From: Squalus acanthias
Lineage: Eukaryota
NCBI GenBank assembly: GCA_030390025.1
Contig: CM059440.1
Location: forward strand, 23,808,001-23,872,000
Length of the DNA: 64,000 nucleotides
Reading direction: 5' to 3'
The notes beneath the pieces were generated by a model, which worked only from the letters and a program-made list of their open reading frames with translations, was not told the origin of the DNA and made no database searches. A program made the position numbers and the translations under genes. Positions 50,331 through 63,745 of this stretch are shown piece after piece (within the stretch, counting starts at the first letter, position 1; every line of letters begins with the position of its first letter).

Positions 50331-51404
50331 CTGGGAACGTGAAGAGACTGTACCTCTGACTGGGAAAAACACTCGATTCTTCTTTGCTTGGAACCGTGAC
50401 AGTGCTGAATGATTTCTCCTTGAAAACGCATCAATATGTTTCCAGATTGCTTGAATTAAATCGTTTTCTGAGGCTGAGGGAGGCGGTAGAGATTCCTCCA
50501 GTGAGTGCGTTGTATAATCCAGAATCACTGTTAATATATATAACAAGGGATCACCAGTCTAACAGCGCCGTGTAACTGGAACACATTTTTACATTCTGCT
50601 GCAGCCCATCTGGCCTTATTCCTGAAACCCACTTGCAGTGGGCGGTGCTCAGAGTTACTTTGTGACAGATGTAACAAGTCTGAGAGTCCTTGGTATTACC
50701 AATCCCTGATGTGATGGCCCCCCCTCCCCTCGGGACTGTGTACAACCTGAATGGATTTGTCAAAGGAGGGCGGATAATTAAAAGTGAAACAGCTGCAAGG
50801 AGCGGAAACGCGCCCTGGAGGAAACACAAGCTCCGGGAGCAGTCCTGATCCTCGCCGTTTGGAATGTGCACCAGAGCCGGCTGCTTTGATATCAGCTCCC
50901 GGCCTAATCCTCACCACCGCCTTAATGCAGCCTCCGTCTACATGTCATCCAGGGAGTTAATGGCTTTAACATTTCTCAAACTTGATCTTACAGGAAGAAT
51001 CGCTGTTTAACGACCGATGTGGTTTATTACATTGTTTCCCGACAAAAAAAAGCTCCAGTAATGCATGTTAACCACATTCTAGCATAGCGAGAACACCAGA
51101 AAATACCGCTGGGATTGTGAAATTCCTTCTTTTTAAATAACGTTTTGTGCTGGGTTATTTCAGGCACCCAAGCAGCACCCCCAGGTAAAGCAGGAGTTAG
51201 ATAAAGTAAAGCTCCCTCTACACTCCCCCATCAAGCACTTCCAGATCAGGTACTTGGTGTCGTCCCCATGGGGCCCAGGCTGCCTGTTTAGGGAGATGTT
51301 AAAGATCCCATGGTACTATTCTGAAGGGCAAGGAATTCTCTAGTGTACTGGACAACATTCCTTCCTCAGTCAAAACAGATTAACCGGTCATTGAAGAACA
51401 GTAA

Positions 51405-52330
51405 CAACTTGCATTCACATAGCACCTTTAACACATAAGAAAATGTCCTGCGGTGCTTCACAAACAGGTGTAAGCAGAGAGCTCAGGAGGGGTGACCATA
51501 AGCTTAGTCAAAGAAATGGGTCTTGAGGATGTTTTTGCAGGTGGAGAGAAAGGTGTCGAAGTGAAAAGATTTAGAGAGGGAGTCGAAGAATAGGACAAAG
51601 GTGGCTGAATTCTTTGCTGTGAATGGCTAGGCAAAGGGAGAGGGGATGCACAAAAATCCGGAATCCGAGGACAGGGGCATTCAAGGGGGATTATGGGAGA
51701 AGATTGCAGAGATAGGGTGGAGCAAGGCTTTATTGATCAGGACAAGGACTTCGAATGTGATACATTGGGGGATACCTATTGCAGGACAGTATGATGGACA
51801 CAAAGCATTTCAGGTGGGACAGAATGTGTGTGGAAGGGTTGAAGATGGGAGGCCAGTGAGTGGAGCATTGGAATAGTCAAGTCTCCAGGTGACAAAGGGT
51901 CTCAGCCCTGGAAGAGCAGAGATAGGTGGTGATGGTGGGCAATGATATTCAGGTGGATGTAAGCAGTTTTGGTGATGGATAAATGTGGTGTCTGAAGCTC
52001 AAGCGTGGGTTGAACAGGATGCTGAGGTTATGAATGGTCTTGTTCAGCCTGAGAAGGGAAGGGAGTGGAGTTGATGACGGAGGTCGATAGAAGATGGCTT
52101 TGGTCTTCTAATGTTGAGCTGGAGGAAGTTATGACTTATCCAAGATGCTGCCAGACAAGAAGTGTAATACCATGGAGGCAGTCGAGGGATCCAGATCAGT
52201 GACAGAGACATGGAGCTGAGTATTATTTGCGTACATGTGAAAACTGACCCCGTGCTTACAGATGAAGTTGCTGAGGGACAAAACATAGATAAGCAGGTGG
52301 TGGGGGATAATCCTTGGGCGATTCCGGTAG
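51405..52330 (-). mobile_element. Degraded L2-type LINE fragment
   Basis: Remnants FHMYANNTQL and WISHNFLQLN, with an L2-type 3' tail (aacaacttgcattcacatagcacc on +). Confidence 0.65.
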
Positions 52331-52789
52331 TGATAACCACATTGCTGTTTGTGGGTTCTTGCTGTGTTTAAAAGAGTTGCTGTTTTTTGCCTACAGAACA
52401 GCCGCCACTGCACTTCACATAATGAATTGTATGTGAAGTACTTTGGGACATTTCTGAGACTTGATAAAATGCTATATAAATTCAAGTCTTTCTTTCAGGA
52501 AATACATTTTATATCTCACTGAGATTATGTGGCAATTCAAAACAGACAGCACGTAAAAAACATATTTAATCAGTGTGATTATTGTAGTCTGCACACATCA
52601 CATTCAGCTGCCGACCACTATCCAGTGACTCCTGATGAAAAGTACACGTGTGGACATTGGACTAGGAGAGATTTTGGCTAAACTGTGGTGCCATCCACAA
52701 TCAAACACGCTGCCTTGTGAAAAATGGGCACTTAGTTAAGATACTGGACCAGGGCCTATGGAACTCTGCCCAGGAGGGGGAATTGGAGT

Positions 52790-53420
52790 TGGCCTTTATT
52801 ATAAAAGGATTGGAGTACAAGTGTAAAGGAGTCTTACTGCAATTACATAGGGCCCTGGTGAGACCACACCTGGAGTATTGTGTACAGTTTTGGTCTCCTT
52901 ACCTAAGGAAGAATGTACTTGCCATAGAGGGAGTGCAACAAAGGTTCACCAGACTGATTCCTGGGATGGGAGGATTGTCCTATAAGATGAGGAGAAATTA
53001 AGTAGGCTAGGCCGATATTCCCTGGAATTTAGAAGAATGAGAGGTGATCTCATTGAAACATATCAGGGCTTGACAGGGTAGATGCTGGGAAGATGTTTCC
53101 CCCGGCTTGGGAGTCAAGAACCAGGGGTCACAGTCTCAGAATAAGGGGTCAGCCATTTAGAACTGAGATGAGGAGAAATTTCTTCACTCAGAAGGTGGTG
53201 AATCTTTGGAATTCTCTACCCCAGAGAGCTGTGGAGGCTCAGTTGTTGAGTGTATTCAAGAGAAAGGTCAATAAACGTTTGGATATGAAGCGAATCAAGG
53301 GATATGGAGATAGTGCAGGAAAGTGGAGTTGAGGTAGATCAGCTGTGATCTTATTAAATGGCAGAACAGACTCAAAGGGCCAAATGGCTACTCCCGCTCC
53401 TAATTCTTATGTTCTTATGT
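52790..53420 (+). mobile_element. CR1 LINE 3' fragment (frameshifted)
   Basis: LVRPHLEYCVQFWSPYLRK and RRNFFTQKVVNLWNSLPQ lie in different frames; the tail reads ttcttatgttcttatg. Confidence 0.85.
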
Positions 53421-55984
53421 AAAAAAATATGGCAATGAGGAGTAGGGATATATTCTGAAAATACTTTAGGTTTGTTAGTGCTCCACTACTTGGGGCGGGG
53501 GGGGAGCGGAAGGAAAGAGAACTTGTCAATTATTCCCTGAAGCTCAATCCGCGTTGTCCAAGCCTTTGTTGGGTCACAAGGTAAAACTTCTGAGGCCTCA
53601 AACTGAACATTTGCAGCTCTCTTCTGCACACATTTCTTTTGCTACATCAACTCTTTCGCTAATATCAACTGGAAGTCTTCCTCCCCCCTCCCCCAACCCC
53701 TTTCCCGCTCATGTACTGGATATGGTCAGACCCCGGTAACCATCTGTCGCTTGAGAAGGTGTTGACAGGAGGCGGGATCGTGGCGAAGCTGTTCTGCTGC
53801 AGACACCCATACCCGTTCAGGAGCTGGGAGAATCCGAGAGGCACAGCTGGATACATACTTAGCTTTATTTCAGTATAGACTGTATAGACCATGCTCCTTG
53901 AAGTCATTGTGAATGGATAATAGTATAGATTTTTTTTTTTTAAAAAACATTACTCAATGTCATTAATAAACATAACAAAAAATGTTAGGTTATCATTCAG
54001 GCAGAAATCTCCAACCAACATTGCCTGGTTCCTGAACATGAAATGGGAAGAGTTCCAAATCTACATATGCTTAAAGTAAAACCCCATTTACTGAAGCAAC
54101 CCGATTTATCAGTTTTAAAAATCGATTTTTTCCAAACAATTTATTATTAAAAATAATCAAGTGTCTTTAGTGTCACCTTTGAGCAAGCTGATGAGTCCCA
54201 GCCCAGAATCAGTAGGGGGTTTCACTCATTTTCATATTCTGAGTCTAGGAAGTTTGTAAATTCTAAAAGTTACATTACCAAAGTTTTTCTTCCATTATGA
54301 CAGCACAGTAGCATATTCCGTCAGGGATAGGGTATGGTATAAGGGAGAGGTTATGATTAATAATCATTTGAAATAGTTTTAATTTTTAATAGTTCAGTTT
54401 GATATAAAATGGAAAACACAATCAGAAAAAAAATGTTGATGACCTCAAAGAAAATAGGTAGATAACGAGGGAGGGGCAGATAGCAGTGGCACAGGCAGTT
54501 TATCTATGCCTCTGGACATTGCTTTCCACAGAAAAGCAAAAAGCTCCCCAATTGATCAGTTGGCAGAAAACTCTATGCATGACTGGTAGGGAAGATATGC
54601 AGGAATGAGATTAAGGAAAGTAGCATCTGCAGACGTATATGTATACTGCCTAAAAATATCCTTTACATCATCACCACACATGCGGCCATTGAAACTCTAA
54701 CTGGATCGCAGCAAGGTCATATAGATTTATTTAGTCTGCATATTGTTCTTCCAGAAAATGGAAAAGAATCGGACTCGCAGTGATAGAAAGTGTGAGAGAA
54801 CTATAGAGAGACAGAAACAATCAGAATAGAAGGCAACTAGAGAGAGTTACAAGAAGATACAAACTTAAAAAAAAAAACTTTGTCCTAAAGCCAGGTTATG
54901 GTAAATCAACTGGTATTTCCAAAAATCTATATTGTGAGATGTAAATGTTGAACTCACATTCGAAGAGTGTCATTTGATTTCATTAGTCTCATGGACCAGT
55001 CACAGCACTATTCTCATGTATCTCAATGTTAAGGTGAATTATATAATGAAATGCGATGAGCATAAGTCAAAAAATGAAACATAACCTCAAGCACTACTGT
55101 TACCTTGCGTTGCAGAGTTTTTAGAATCCCAATATTTAATTCACTTAAAGATTGAGTTTTTTTCCCCATATGTAGTCCTTTAAAAATAGTCACGATTAGA
55201 AAGAGCAATTATGAATACCTATTTTTTCAATTTTGTTTTTAAATAGGAGATCTTCCATGGCATTGCTCACAGTAAATCAGAGGGTGCACTGTTTAAGGAC
55301 ACAGTGTATTATTCTACTGCTAAAGTGCAGCTGTGTGTAATTGGGTGTCCTTTTAAAACCATATGGTCTAATTGTTATGTCTATTTGTGGTCTTTTAGAG
55401 GCTAATTACTCTTAGGCAGATCCTGAGGGAATTTTCACCCCCATTCATTTCAGGATATGGTGATGCTGACAAGGCCACATTTATTGCTCATCCCTAGTTG
55501 CCCATAAACGGTAGTGCCATGGTGGGATTTGAACTCTCTGCCTCTAATGTGCTAGTCTAGGATCAGAACCACTACACTGGCCTATCTCAATGAGAGGTGG
55601 GTTTTTTTTTTGGGGGGGGGGGGGAATTATTCCTTTATTTCTCTTTTTAATACTTTCTATTTTAAAAATGTTGCCTAAATTTGCGTGCTTCACATTTGAA
55701 GGTCATAATTTAAAACTTTTCGTTTTCTGTTTTAAACTGTGTGAGGGATGGGAGGACTTGATTAGGAATTGTATGGCAGCAGAATTAACATAAGAAATAA
55801 GACTTACAAACACTGGATACATCAACAATCTGAGCATATGCACTCAGTCTTTATAATTTCTGCAAGGCAGTTGCTTTGATGAAATACCAGCACTAAATCA
55901 AATTATAAACTGAACAAAGTACAGAACCAAAATGATACTGAATTGTCATAATTCTAAGTAACCACTGATTTTCATTGCTAAATT

Positions 55985-56345
55985 TTCACCCCTTCTACAG
56001 TTCTGACTCTCCATGGGTACAGTTCCATAGATGACATTAGCCATCTGGTACCTCACCTAAGTGGCCATTATTGAGGTGTGATCCTGGACCGTGAGCATCA
56101 GCAAGCTATTCCACTATGCATAGCATCAGAGCTGAGCTTAACCCTGTCCTCAGCTACACACACGCACTTTCCAACAGGATAGCTGGTAGCAGTCCAAAGT
56201 AAAAACGCTGAGTTATTTTTCTTCTCTTAACCCAATAGTAGTACCTGTAGTGCAGCCTTTGCCAAGATCAGCCAACTCAGCACAGACCAGGGTTGGAATC
56301 TAGGACCTTCTAGTAGAACTCAGTACCACCCTCACCAAGCTGTTT
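55985..56345 (-). mobile_element. MER131-like SINE
   Basis: Same family (gggtacagttccatag..gatcagccaactcagcacagaccaggg). Confidence 0.5.
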
Positions 56346-59139
56346 AGTTTATCAAGGCGATGCTCCCTTTCATTTATTCTTGATGCTGCGCTGATTTAAT
56401 TTCAACAGTTTGTAATGTCAGTCAACCCACCCTATTGACAATAAATCAGCTGATGTGAATAATCTTGTGCCAGCAACTTCCCTTATAAAGTTGCTTTATA
56501 AAGGGTCCTTGCAACCAGGTCACAGCTTATAGGTAACTCTCATCCACTTTCATCTCTAACTGGGTGTTTTTGTAGTGACTCTCAGGCGCGCCATTACCGT
56601 GTAGCACTAAACTCAACTAATAAGGCTTGCACTTCATGCACCTTATCTCTCTTTCACTAGTTTTAATTTCCCAACCAATCCTTACTTATGAACTATTTGT
56701 TTTGCCTTGGTCAAGATTAAAGCTGCTTCATCCCATAGCAATCATTTTTTCTCAAAAAGCATGGTTATCTTCATATTATACACCTTAGATTCTGTTTCGG
56801 GGTTCAGTGCGGGAGCCGGAATTATTTTGTGAATTTGGTGCCCATGAAGAATGGGAATGTTGGTGCTGAGGATGGAAGACTTTCTATTGTGCACATCAGT
56901 TACCCAGTCAGGTAAAGGAAAAGGCAGTATAAAGGTGGATGAGGAGACTTCAGCAACAGAAAATGTATTTAGAAGTCTGCTTCATCCTACTTCTTCAGCA
57001 ACCATTTACTTCAGCTGCCTGCTCTGTACAGGCAGCGGAAGATACAAGACACACACCTCAGGAAAATAGCACAAAAAATCATGGTTTCCATAATAAATAT
57101 TCAAAATCTTATGTTGCATGTATAACCCTGTAAGCTATACAGTCAATAATTTCACTTTTAATAGTGCAATGTAATTCTATGAAAGCTTGGGGGTGAATGG
57201 AAATGGAAATCTTTATGTAGTTTATGAAGGATTTGCATCTCCAAAGTCAGTGTCTGTAATTGTCCTGGTAAAAGCCCACATCATCCTGTATATGTTAAGA
57301 AACATACAAAGTAGAAAAAAAGAACTTTAAATCAAACTAAAAGTTTGCAGTAACTCTGCCGGGACAACAGCTAGGCAGTAAGTCATCATCCTGGTGTTTA
57401 ATTCCTGATCACTATCCAGCTCAAACTCCTGCTCAAAAGCAAGCTTCTGTAGGTAGGACCGGGCTTGGCTATGATGCCCCCACCCAGTGAACAACCTCCC
57501 AATACTCACTGTCCAGGCTCCCACACAAAGTATGGTCCTTCGTCTGAGGTACCAGAGAGCAACTGGAGAAAAATGTAAAATAAAATTTAGTGAATTATAG
57601 CACTGGTTAAATCACAAAGATATCCCTGCAACCTGCATCTGCAACATGTTATTTTGAAAATTTTTTTCCTCCAGATTTAAAAGATACCCTGAAAGGTTAA
57701 TTTTTCTGTTAAGTTTCCAAACCTTGCTCTATATAAATCATTTTCAGTGCCTGAGTAATAATATTGCTGTTATACGCTATTTTCAAGCTCATGGAAACCT
57801 GCTGTTTCTCACTGCTCCACTTTTTCCAAAGATGTACATGGTCCTCATACATCTGGAGCAGCTTGGAAGAGAGGGTAGGGGATGGAAGATCATTACTATC
57901 TTGGTACTGCTGCATACCTAACCAGTAGAGGGTTTTCTGGGGTCTTGCACCTCCAGATTGACCCACAGGCTGGTCCAAGTTCCCACTGAATTCAACAGTA
58001 TTGCTCCAGGAAGCATGCGAGGCATCCCCATAACACACCTCAGGAAAATGGCTCTGGAAGATCTGAAATGGCACAATTCCTTAGCCTGAAAATATCCTGT
58101 AAAATTGACAATTACAGATAGGTGTGGTGTATAACATACTTTTGAGTGTCAGGGAGAGGGCACCGAAAGTACTTTCCCCCGTTCTCCTCTTTCCTCCTTT
58201 CCCAACAGAACAATCCCTTTACCAGCTATGCAAAAATAAAAGTTAAAAGACCATTCACAGATTTATGCAATCTTTGGATAATTTAAGCCTATATGTCGAC
58301 CAGGGTTTATTCTAGTAAAAGTGTTAACCAACAAATCATACTTATTAATATACAGGTAATTTATAGACTGGGGAATCCACATGCATGTGGACAGGACACT
58401 CAGCAAGAATTATTTGAAAATGTACCGTTAACATTTGACTTATAGCAGGCTGCCTATTACAGAGGTGACTCTATAATTTCACTGTAGTAAATCTGCAGTG
58501 AACCTTTGTGATTTTGCTCTCCAGTGCAAAGCATTAATTGAGCTGATTTACTACCAGCCTGGACTGCATTTAGCAGCAATACATTATCACACTGTAATTT
58601 ATTGTTAGCTACACAGTGGTTCTAGATTCCAGAGATTGCACAGAGGGAACATTCCAAACCAGGAGCTCAGCTTATAGTCTGACTATAAACACAGGAGTGA
58701 TTTAAAATGCCCTCCGGGGGAAGGCTGTTGTGGAGAGCAGAGGCCGTGTGCTGCACTGCTCCTGCTTCACAAGAAAGCAAGAGCTCGCCTTTCTTTCAAT
58801 AACTCCAGCTGTGGGTGTGTGCTCCTTCGCTCAGCTCCTGTGTAACAAGTAAAAGGAAAGGCTTCCTTAGAAAAAGATTCCTACGACCAGAACGCCACAA
58901 GAAAGACAAAAACGTTTCAACAAATGTCCATTTAAGGAGACGATCAAAAAAACAAAAACAATTTGATAATTTAACAACTTATTTTCAGAACTCCACCTCA
59001 CTTGCTCATGCCACCAGTGACCATAGCTTGCATGATTTCCCAGATGTGCCCAGCTGTTAGTCCTTAGTCCTATACCCTTTCTCATTTCTATGCACAAATG
59101 GATCAAGCTGCGCACAATAAATAGAAGTCGTTAGCTCTT

Positions 59140-59145
59140 TTTATT
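59140..59145 (-). terminator. Probable MICOS10 polyadenylation signal (AATAAA)
   Basis: TTTATT on the + strand, 140 nt 3' of the predicted MICOS10 stop. Confidence 0.5.
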
Positions 59146-59284
59146 AATGACGATTCTAGTGTACAAGTTTGAGGAGTGAAATTAAATACAGCACAACAAT
59201 AAGAATCTCTATTACAAGCACACAGGCAGAAATGATCCACAGAAAACTGGTACTGTACAGTAAGTAGAGTCTGAGAAAATCATC

Positions 59285-59299
59285 CTAAGGCGATTGGTC
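59285..59299 (-). CDS. MICOS10: MICOS complex subunit MIC10, terminal exon 4 (DQSP*)
   Basis: A strong acceptor tttttattttttcacAG| is followed by GAC CAA TCG CCT TAG, the same 15-nt coding length as the human terminal EQEQ*. AATAAA lies ~140 nt downstream. Confidence 0.72.
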   Translation of the reverse strand, partial: DQSP

Positions 59300-59469
59300 C
59301 TGTGAAAAAATAAAAATGTCCAAAATTAATATTGAGGGTAATTCTGCAAAATTTAAGGAATAGTGATAATATTCTATTATAATTAATAAAGAAGCAACAG
59401 TTATATCTTGTGTTGCTCACAAAAGCACTGGTGTCCACCTTTTTCTGTTACTTGTTAAGCACGCCAAAC

Positions 59470-59476
59470 AGAGTGA

Positions 59477-59524
<48 letters not shown>

Positions 59525-59565
59525 GAGAGTGAGAGAGTGAGAGAGTGAGTGAGAGAGTGAGAGAG
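59470..59565. repeat. (GA)n microsatellite
   Basis: gagagaga runs interrupted by gt. Confidence 0.9.
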
Positions 59566-60765
59566 GGAAGGAAGGAGAATTGGGAAGGCAGGAGGGCCTC
59601 CAAAGAGACAGTCAAAGAGATGAGCTTTGTGGAAGGAGGTGGCAAGGCAAAAGGATTTGGGGAGAGAATTCCACAATGGAATGCATCCACAGATGTAAGA
59701 TTATCAATTTGTGCTCTTGACTCTGCACTGGCAAAGACCTAGGAATAAATCAGCTTCCTGTCCAGAGTTGGGGAAATTCTCTGTGTGTAGCGAGAAAATA
59801 GAAAGGTTTGCGGTGGCGGGGGGAGAGAAAAAAAAAAGTACGAGGAAAGTTCTAATAAAGAAGGCTGAAAGGGAGGGAGGAAGATACCTGCGTAATTCAT
59901 TCCCATTTTGCAACCTTTATCTTGACCATACAAGTCTAATTTCAGCTAAAATGCAATAGTGTCATATATACCATACAAGTCCAAATTAAGCTGGAACATA
60001 GTATACACAGTGCAATTTCCTTACACATTAGGCTACATGTGAATTACCATTTCAATTATATTTGGGTTCTAGTGGGATGTACATATTGCAGGTGAATTTC
60101 AGTATTTCTGGTTTACTCTAAAGTTTTGTGATTCACAACCGAGCAAAACAAAGGGATATGCCGCAATGATCCCACTAAGCTTCGTGGCCACGCAGCCATT
60201 GGCAAGGTCCTGCGCAGGTTGCTCACCGGCTTTTCCATTGTAGGTACCGCACATGCGCAAAAATTTGAATGGGCCACGCATTGGGGGAGGCAGGCCGCGC
60301 AGGAGGCAGTGCGGCTTACAGGGGACGTTGGCCGCATGTACTACTTATCAAGTTGTGTTTTATTACCCTGCCTTGTCCAGAAAGCTCCTCGCTGGGGTCA
60401 GTTTCATGGGCCCTGACTGCCCTCTGGTACCTCATAAGGGATCATTCTTCATGCTTGACCCTAGGCATCGAGTGTTGACAGAATATTCATCTATAGAGGG
60501 CGTCATAGTTGATTCATCTGATACCCGCACAACTGCATTTTGTAGCAGAAGGAATTGTAACTTGACAATCCACCCTGCCCCCCCACTCGAAGAAATTATA
60601 AACTTACACCAATTGCAATATAGTCTTTTCAGGATAAAAAAAACACACCTGATCCAAATGTTGCATTTTAATGTACAAATCATATTCCATATAGCTTGAT
60701 TAGAGAATAAAATGTTCAACTGTTCAATTTTTTTTTAAGTTTATAATTAAATTTTAAACACATAC

Positions 60766-60863
60766 ATTGAAACAGAGCTCTCTCCACAGATGCTGCCTGA
60801 CCTGCTGAGTGTTTCCAACATTTTCCAGCATCTGCAGTACTTTGCTATTGAAACAGAGCTCTC
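60766..60863 (+). mobile_element. Short Penelope terminal-repeat fragment flanked by a 17-bp direct repeat
   Basis: gatgctgcctgacctgctgag..ttccagcatctgcagta is homologous to 41945-42025; ATTGAAACAGAGCTCTC occurs on both sides. Confidence 0.6.
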
Positions 60864-61887
60864 CGTTTTAAAAAATAATCAATTTAATGTAAAACATGTT
60901 TTTAGTCTGGGCCCAATTAGTGAAAGAATTAATCATGACTATCACTTGAAATCTGCTGAAACTTCCTCAGGAAAACCCTGGTATTTTGCTAAACTAAGTA
61001 TTTTTATTAAGGTTCAACTACAGAAGCATTTGTTTCACATGGCAGTCGGAAAACTACAAGTGGCCTCACTGCCGAGGTCTGGGGTGGGAAACAGAACTTC
61101 TGATCACTATTCAGCAACCCCTGCTGCAGAGTGCACGTGTGTGACTATCGGGTAATGACGAGTAGGTCCGCTTCCATTGCTCCCCATAGTTAAATACATC
61201 TTTCCTGTGGGACAGCGAGATCCAGAAAGTATGGTTCTGTGGTAGGATGTCCTACAGGTACGATATGCAAGGCCAGTAAGGCGCTCCTTCCTGTAAATAT
61301 TCTACAAACCTGGGCTTCAAGGGAAATGGAGGAAACACATGTCCAAGAAAAGGAGAGACCATCTATCCTTTGCGCTAACTTGTCAATGACTGTTGAGCAG
61401 AAGCAGAGGAGCTGGTCACTGTCCGACACAAAAAGGAACTGCAATAACAGCCACTGAAAGTTGTAGGCAAGTCAGCTAATGGAGCAAGATTCCCCAGGGC
61501 ACTGATCTCACTCCTGTGTCTATGGCATCCAGTGCAGAATAGACCTGGTACAGACGGAATAGTGAGCTGCCTGCCCCAGTCTGGAGCTGTGGCATCCCAT
61601 GCTGACCAAACCCTACCCAGTAGAATTCATGACAGGAGTCAATCCTGAAAAATTACTGCCTAATTGGCAATACAGGAGATTGATAGAGATGCAGTGGACT
61701 AGTAGGTCTTGTCTCCATTGACCATAATTCCAGACTACTTACATATGACAGCACAGACTCCCTTGGCAAGGGCCCAACAGAAGCTGAAGGAAGGGACTGT
61801 TGAGAGATTGTTTATTTCTCACAGTATCGTCTGTCCTGTAATATTGATCAAAATCACTGAAAATTCAAATTCAGTATCTGTACTCAC

Positions 61888-61997
61888 TTTGACAAACTTT
61901 CCATGCAGAAGATATGGAAACTGGAAATCATTCTGGCAGTTAGCATAGGCCATTCCTATACCCATTCCTGCACCAAACGTAATAGGCCATACACGCC
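61888..61997 (-). CDS. MICOS10: MICOS complex subunit MIC10, exon 3
   Basis: Acceptor tgtgtttAG| and donor AAA|GTGAGT. 110 nt encoding [37 protein letters not shown]. Confidence 0.95.
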
Positions 61998-62109
61998 CTA
62001 AACACACAAAAAAAAATTAGGCTAGTTGTAAATTCCTAGAACATGGAAATGCTTAAATACATTTTTACTCAACCTCTACAACTAACTCATTTGATTTTTT
62101 ATTTAATAC

Positions 62110-62490
62110 CCTCTTTCCTCCTCTTCTGAAGGCACAGACTCACGCTGGGGTACAGTTCCATAGCCACAGACCGCCACTGGGCAACTCACTCAAGTGACCA
62201 TTCTTCACATGTGCATTGAGACAGCAAGTGTCAGTACACTATTCAACCATGGGAGGCAAGGTAGCCCAGCCTGATCTTTACACCGCCCAGCATTAGCTTG
62301 CCAGCAGGGGTCACTGGATAGTGTTCAGGAGGTACAACCCTGGGGGAATTTAGCCCCTTAGTTGCACTGACATGCCTACCACCACCGAGAGTAGATAACT
62401 CAACATAGACCAGGGATTGCACCTGGGTTGCAGGTCTGTATTGCTCAGTTACACAATAGTCAATGCATTTAACTGAGTTATTAGGGGAGC
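62110..62490 (-). mobile_element. MER131-like SINE
   Basis: Reverse-complement homologue of 63362-63745. Confidence 0.55.
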
Positions 62491-62726
62491 AAGAGCGTTA
62501 ATCATTTTCATGAACGCATCAAATCATGGTTTTGCTTTTCCTGGGCCATAATGGCAGCACGTCCCATAATGTTGCTATGAGTCATCTGTTAGGAAGCACT
62601 CTGTACAGCAGCCCGGGAATGACCCCATCCTCCTGTCTAGATCCTCCCCGGATTTTCCTTCTCAGTTATGACACACTCATTTACTGTTCCATACATGTTC
62701 CACAAACAGTAAATAGCAATACTTAC

Positions 62727-62774
62727 GCTTAAAAACGACGACAGAAAATACAATTCCTAAGCCAAGGCCAACAC
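62727..62774 (-). CDS. MICOS10: MICOS complex subunit MIC10, exon 2
   Basis: Acceptor ttttcAG| and donor |GTAAGT. 48 nt encoding (G)VGLGLGIVFSVVVFK(R), the TM1 GxGxGxG motif. Confidence 0.92.
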
Positions 62775-63361
62775 CTGAAAATATAAGATAGAAGTTTAAA
62801 AATTGCTTTAAATTTAACCATCAAAAGCCACAAGCTAAAGTGCACCAGTCCTAAAAACTGCTCGAATCATTGGCATTGCAGCATTTAATATTTCTGTACA
62901 CTCACAACTCAGTCATTTATGACTGTTTTGTAGCTTTTTTCTAATAACCTGATATCTACCCAATCAATACTGGACTAGTCTATAGACCTCTCCTCTCTCT
63001 GGCCTCAAAAATCATCAGGGTGGGGGAGGGCTGTTAAGTTAGTTTTTTGGCTTTTCATCTTGAATGAGAATCTTCCTTAGGGGCAACTAACACAATTACA
63101 ACTTGAGTCAAGTCATGGTGTTCAACAAATTGCAGGAACTACTGCAGGGGAAAAAACTTCCGCCCGCACAACTGTGAATTTCAGCTTGTCTGGCACTATT
63201 AGTCTTAACAGATTGATTGTATAAAGAAAGACAGGTACCTACTAACCCAAACTAATAAATGAACACACTTCAACTCGGTGCTAATTAGCTCCATGTCAAA
63301 GACTTTAAGACCAGACCTACCCGCTCCAAAAAAAGTTTACAGTTTTTGTATTTTTATATCG

Positions 63362-63745
63362 AGGGCTCCCTGATGGCTTGATGAGCTTATCAGGGATGTA
63401 GCCGAGACATACAAACTAGGAGGTCTCAGATTCAATCCTTGGTCTATGCCGAGTTAGTTGATCCAGGGCAATACTCCGGAGAAAGTGAAAGCAGAGCTGA
63501 GGGGTCAGGTTTTCCGCTCCTGATCATTACTGAGTGACACCCGCTGGAAGTGGACAATGACTGAGGACAGAACCAGACCTAGCTGTGATGTCCTTAGTAG
63601 TCGAATGGCCTGCTGAAACTCTCAGTCTATTCTCACACATGAATAACGTGCACTTGAGTGAGGTACTGGAGGGCAACCAAGACCCGTGGTACAGCACTCC
63701 AGGCAACGAGTCAGTGCCTTCAAGAGGAGTGGAGAAAATTTGGCA
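63362..63745 (+). mobile_element. MER131-like ancient tRNA-derived SINE
   Basis: Head ctccctgatggc..ttcaatccttggtctatgccgagttagttgatc, core ctcctgatc..gtgac..gctggaa..gaggacag, tail gagtcagtgccttcaagaggag. Recognised from memory of the MER131 consensus. Confidence 0.55.

Noticed and set aside
53665-53907. 80-aa minus-strand ORF in non-repetitive DNA between MICOS10 and NBL1
   Set aside because: No recognisable homology or convincing splice sites; it cannot be supported as coding.
58040-58096. Alternative MICOS10 terminal exon (ttttacAG|DIFRLRNCAISDLPEPFS*)
   Set aside because: The exon at 59285-59299 is closer, has a stronger pyrimidine tract, matches the orthologous length and has its own AATAAA.
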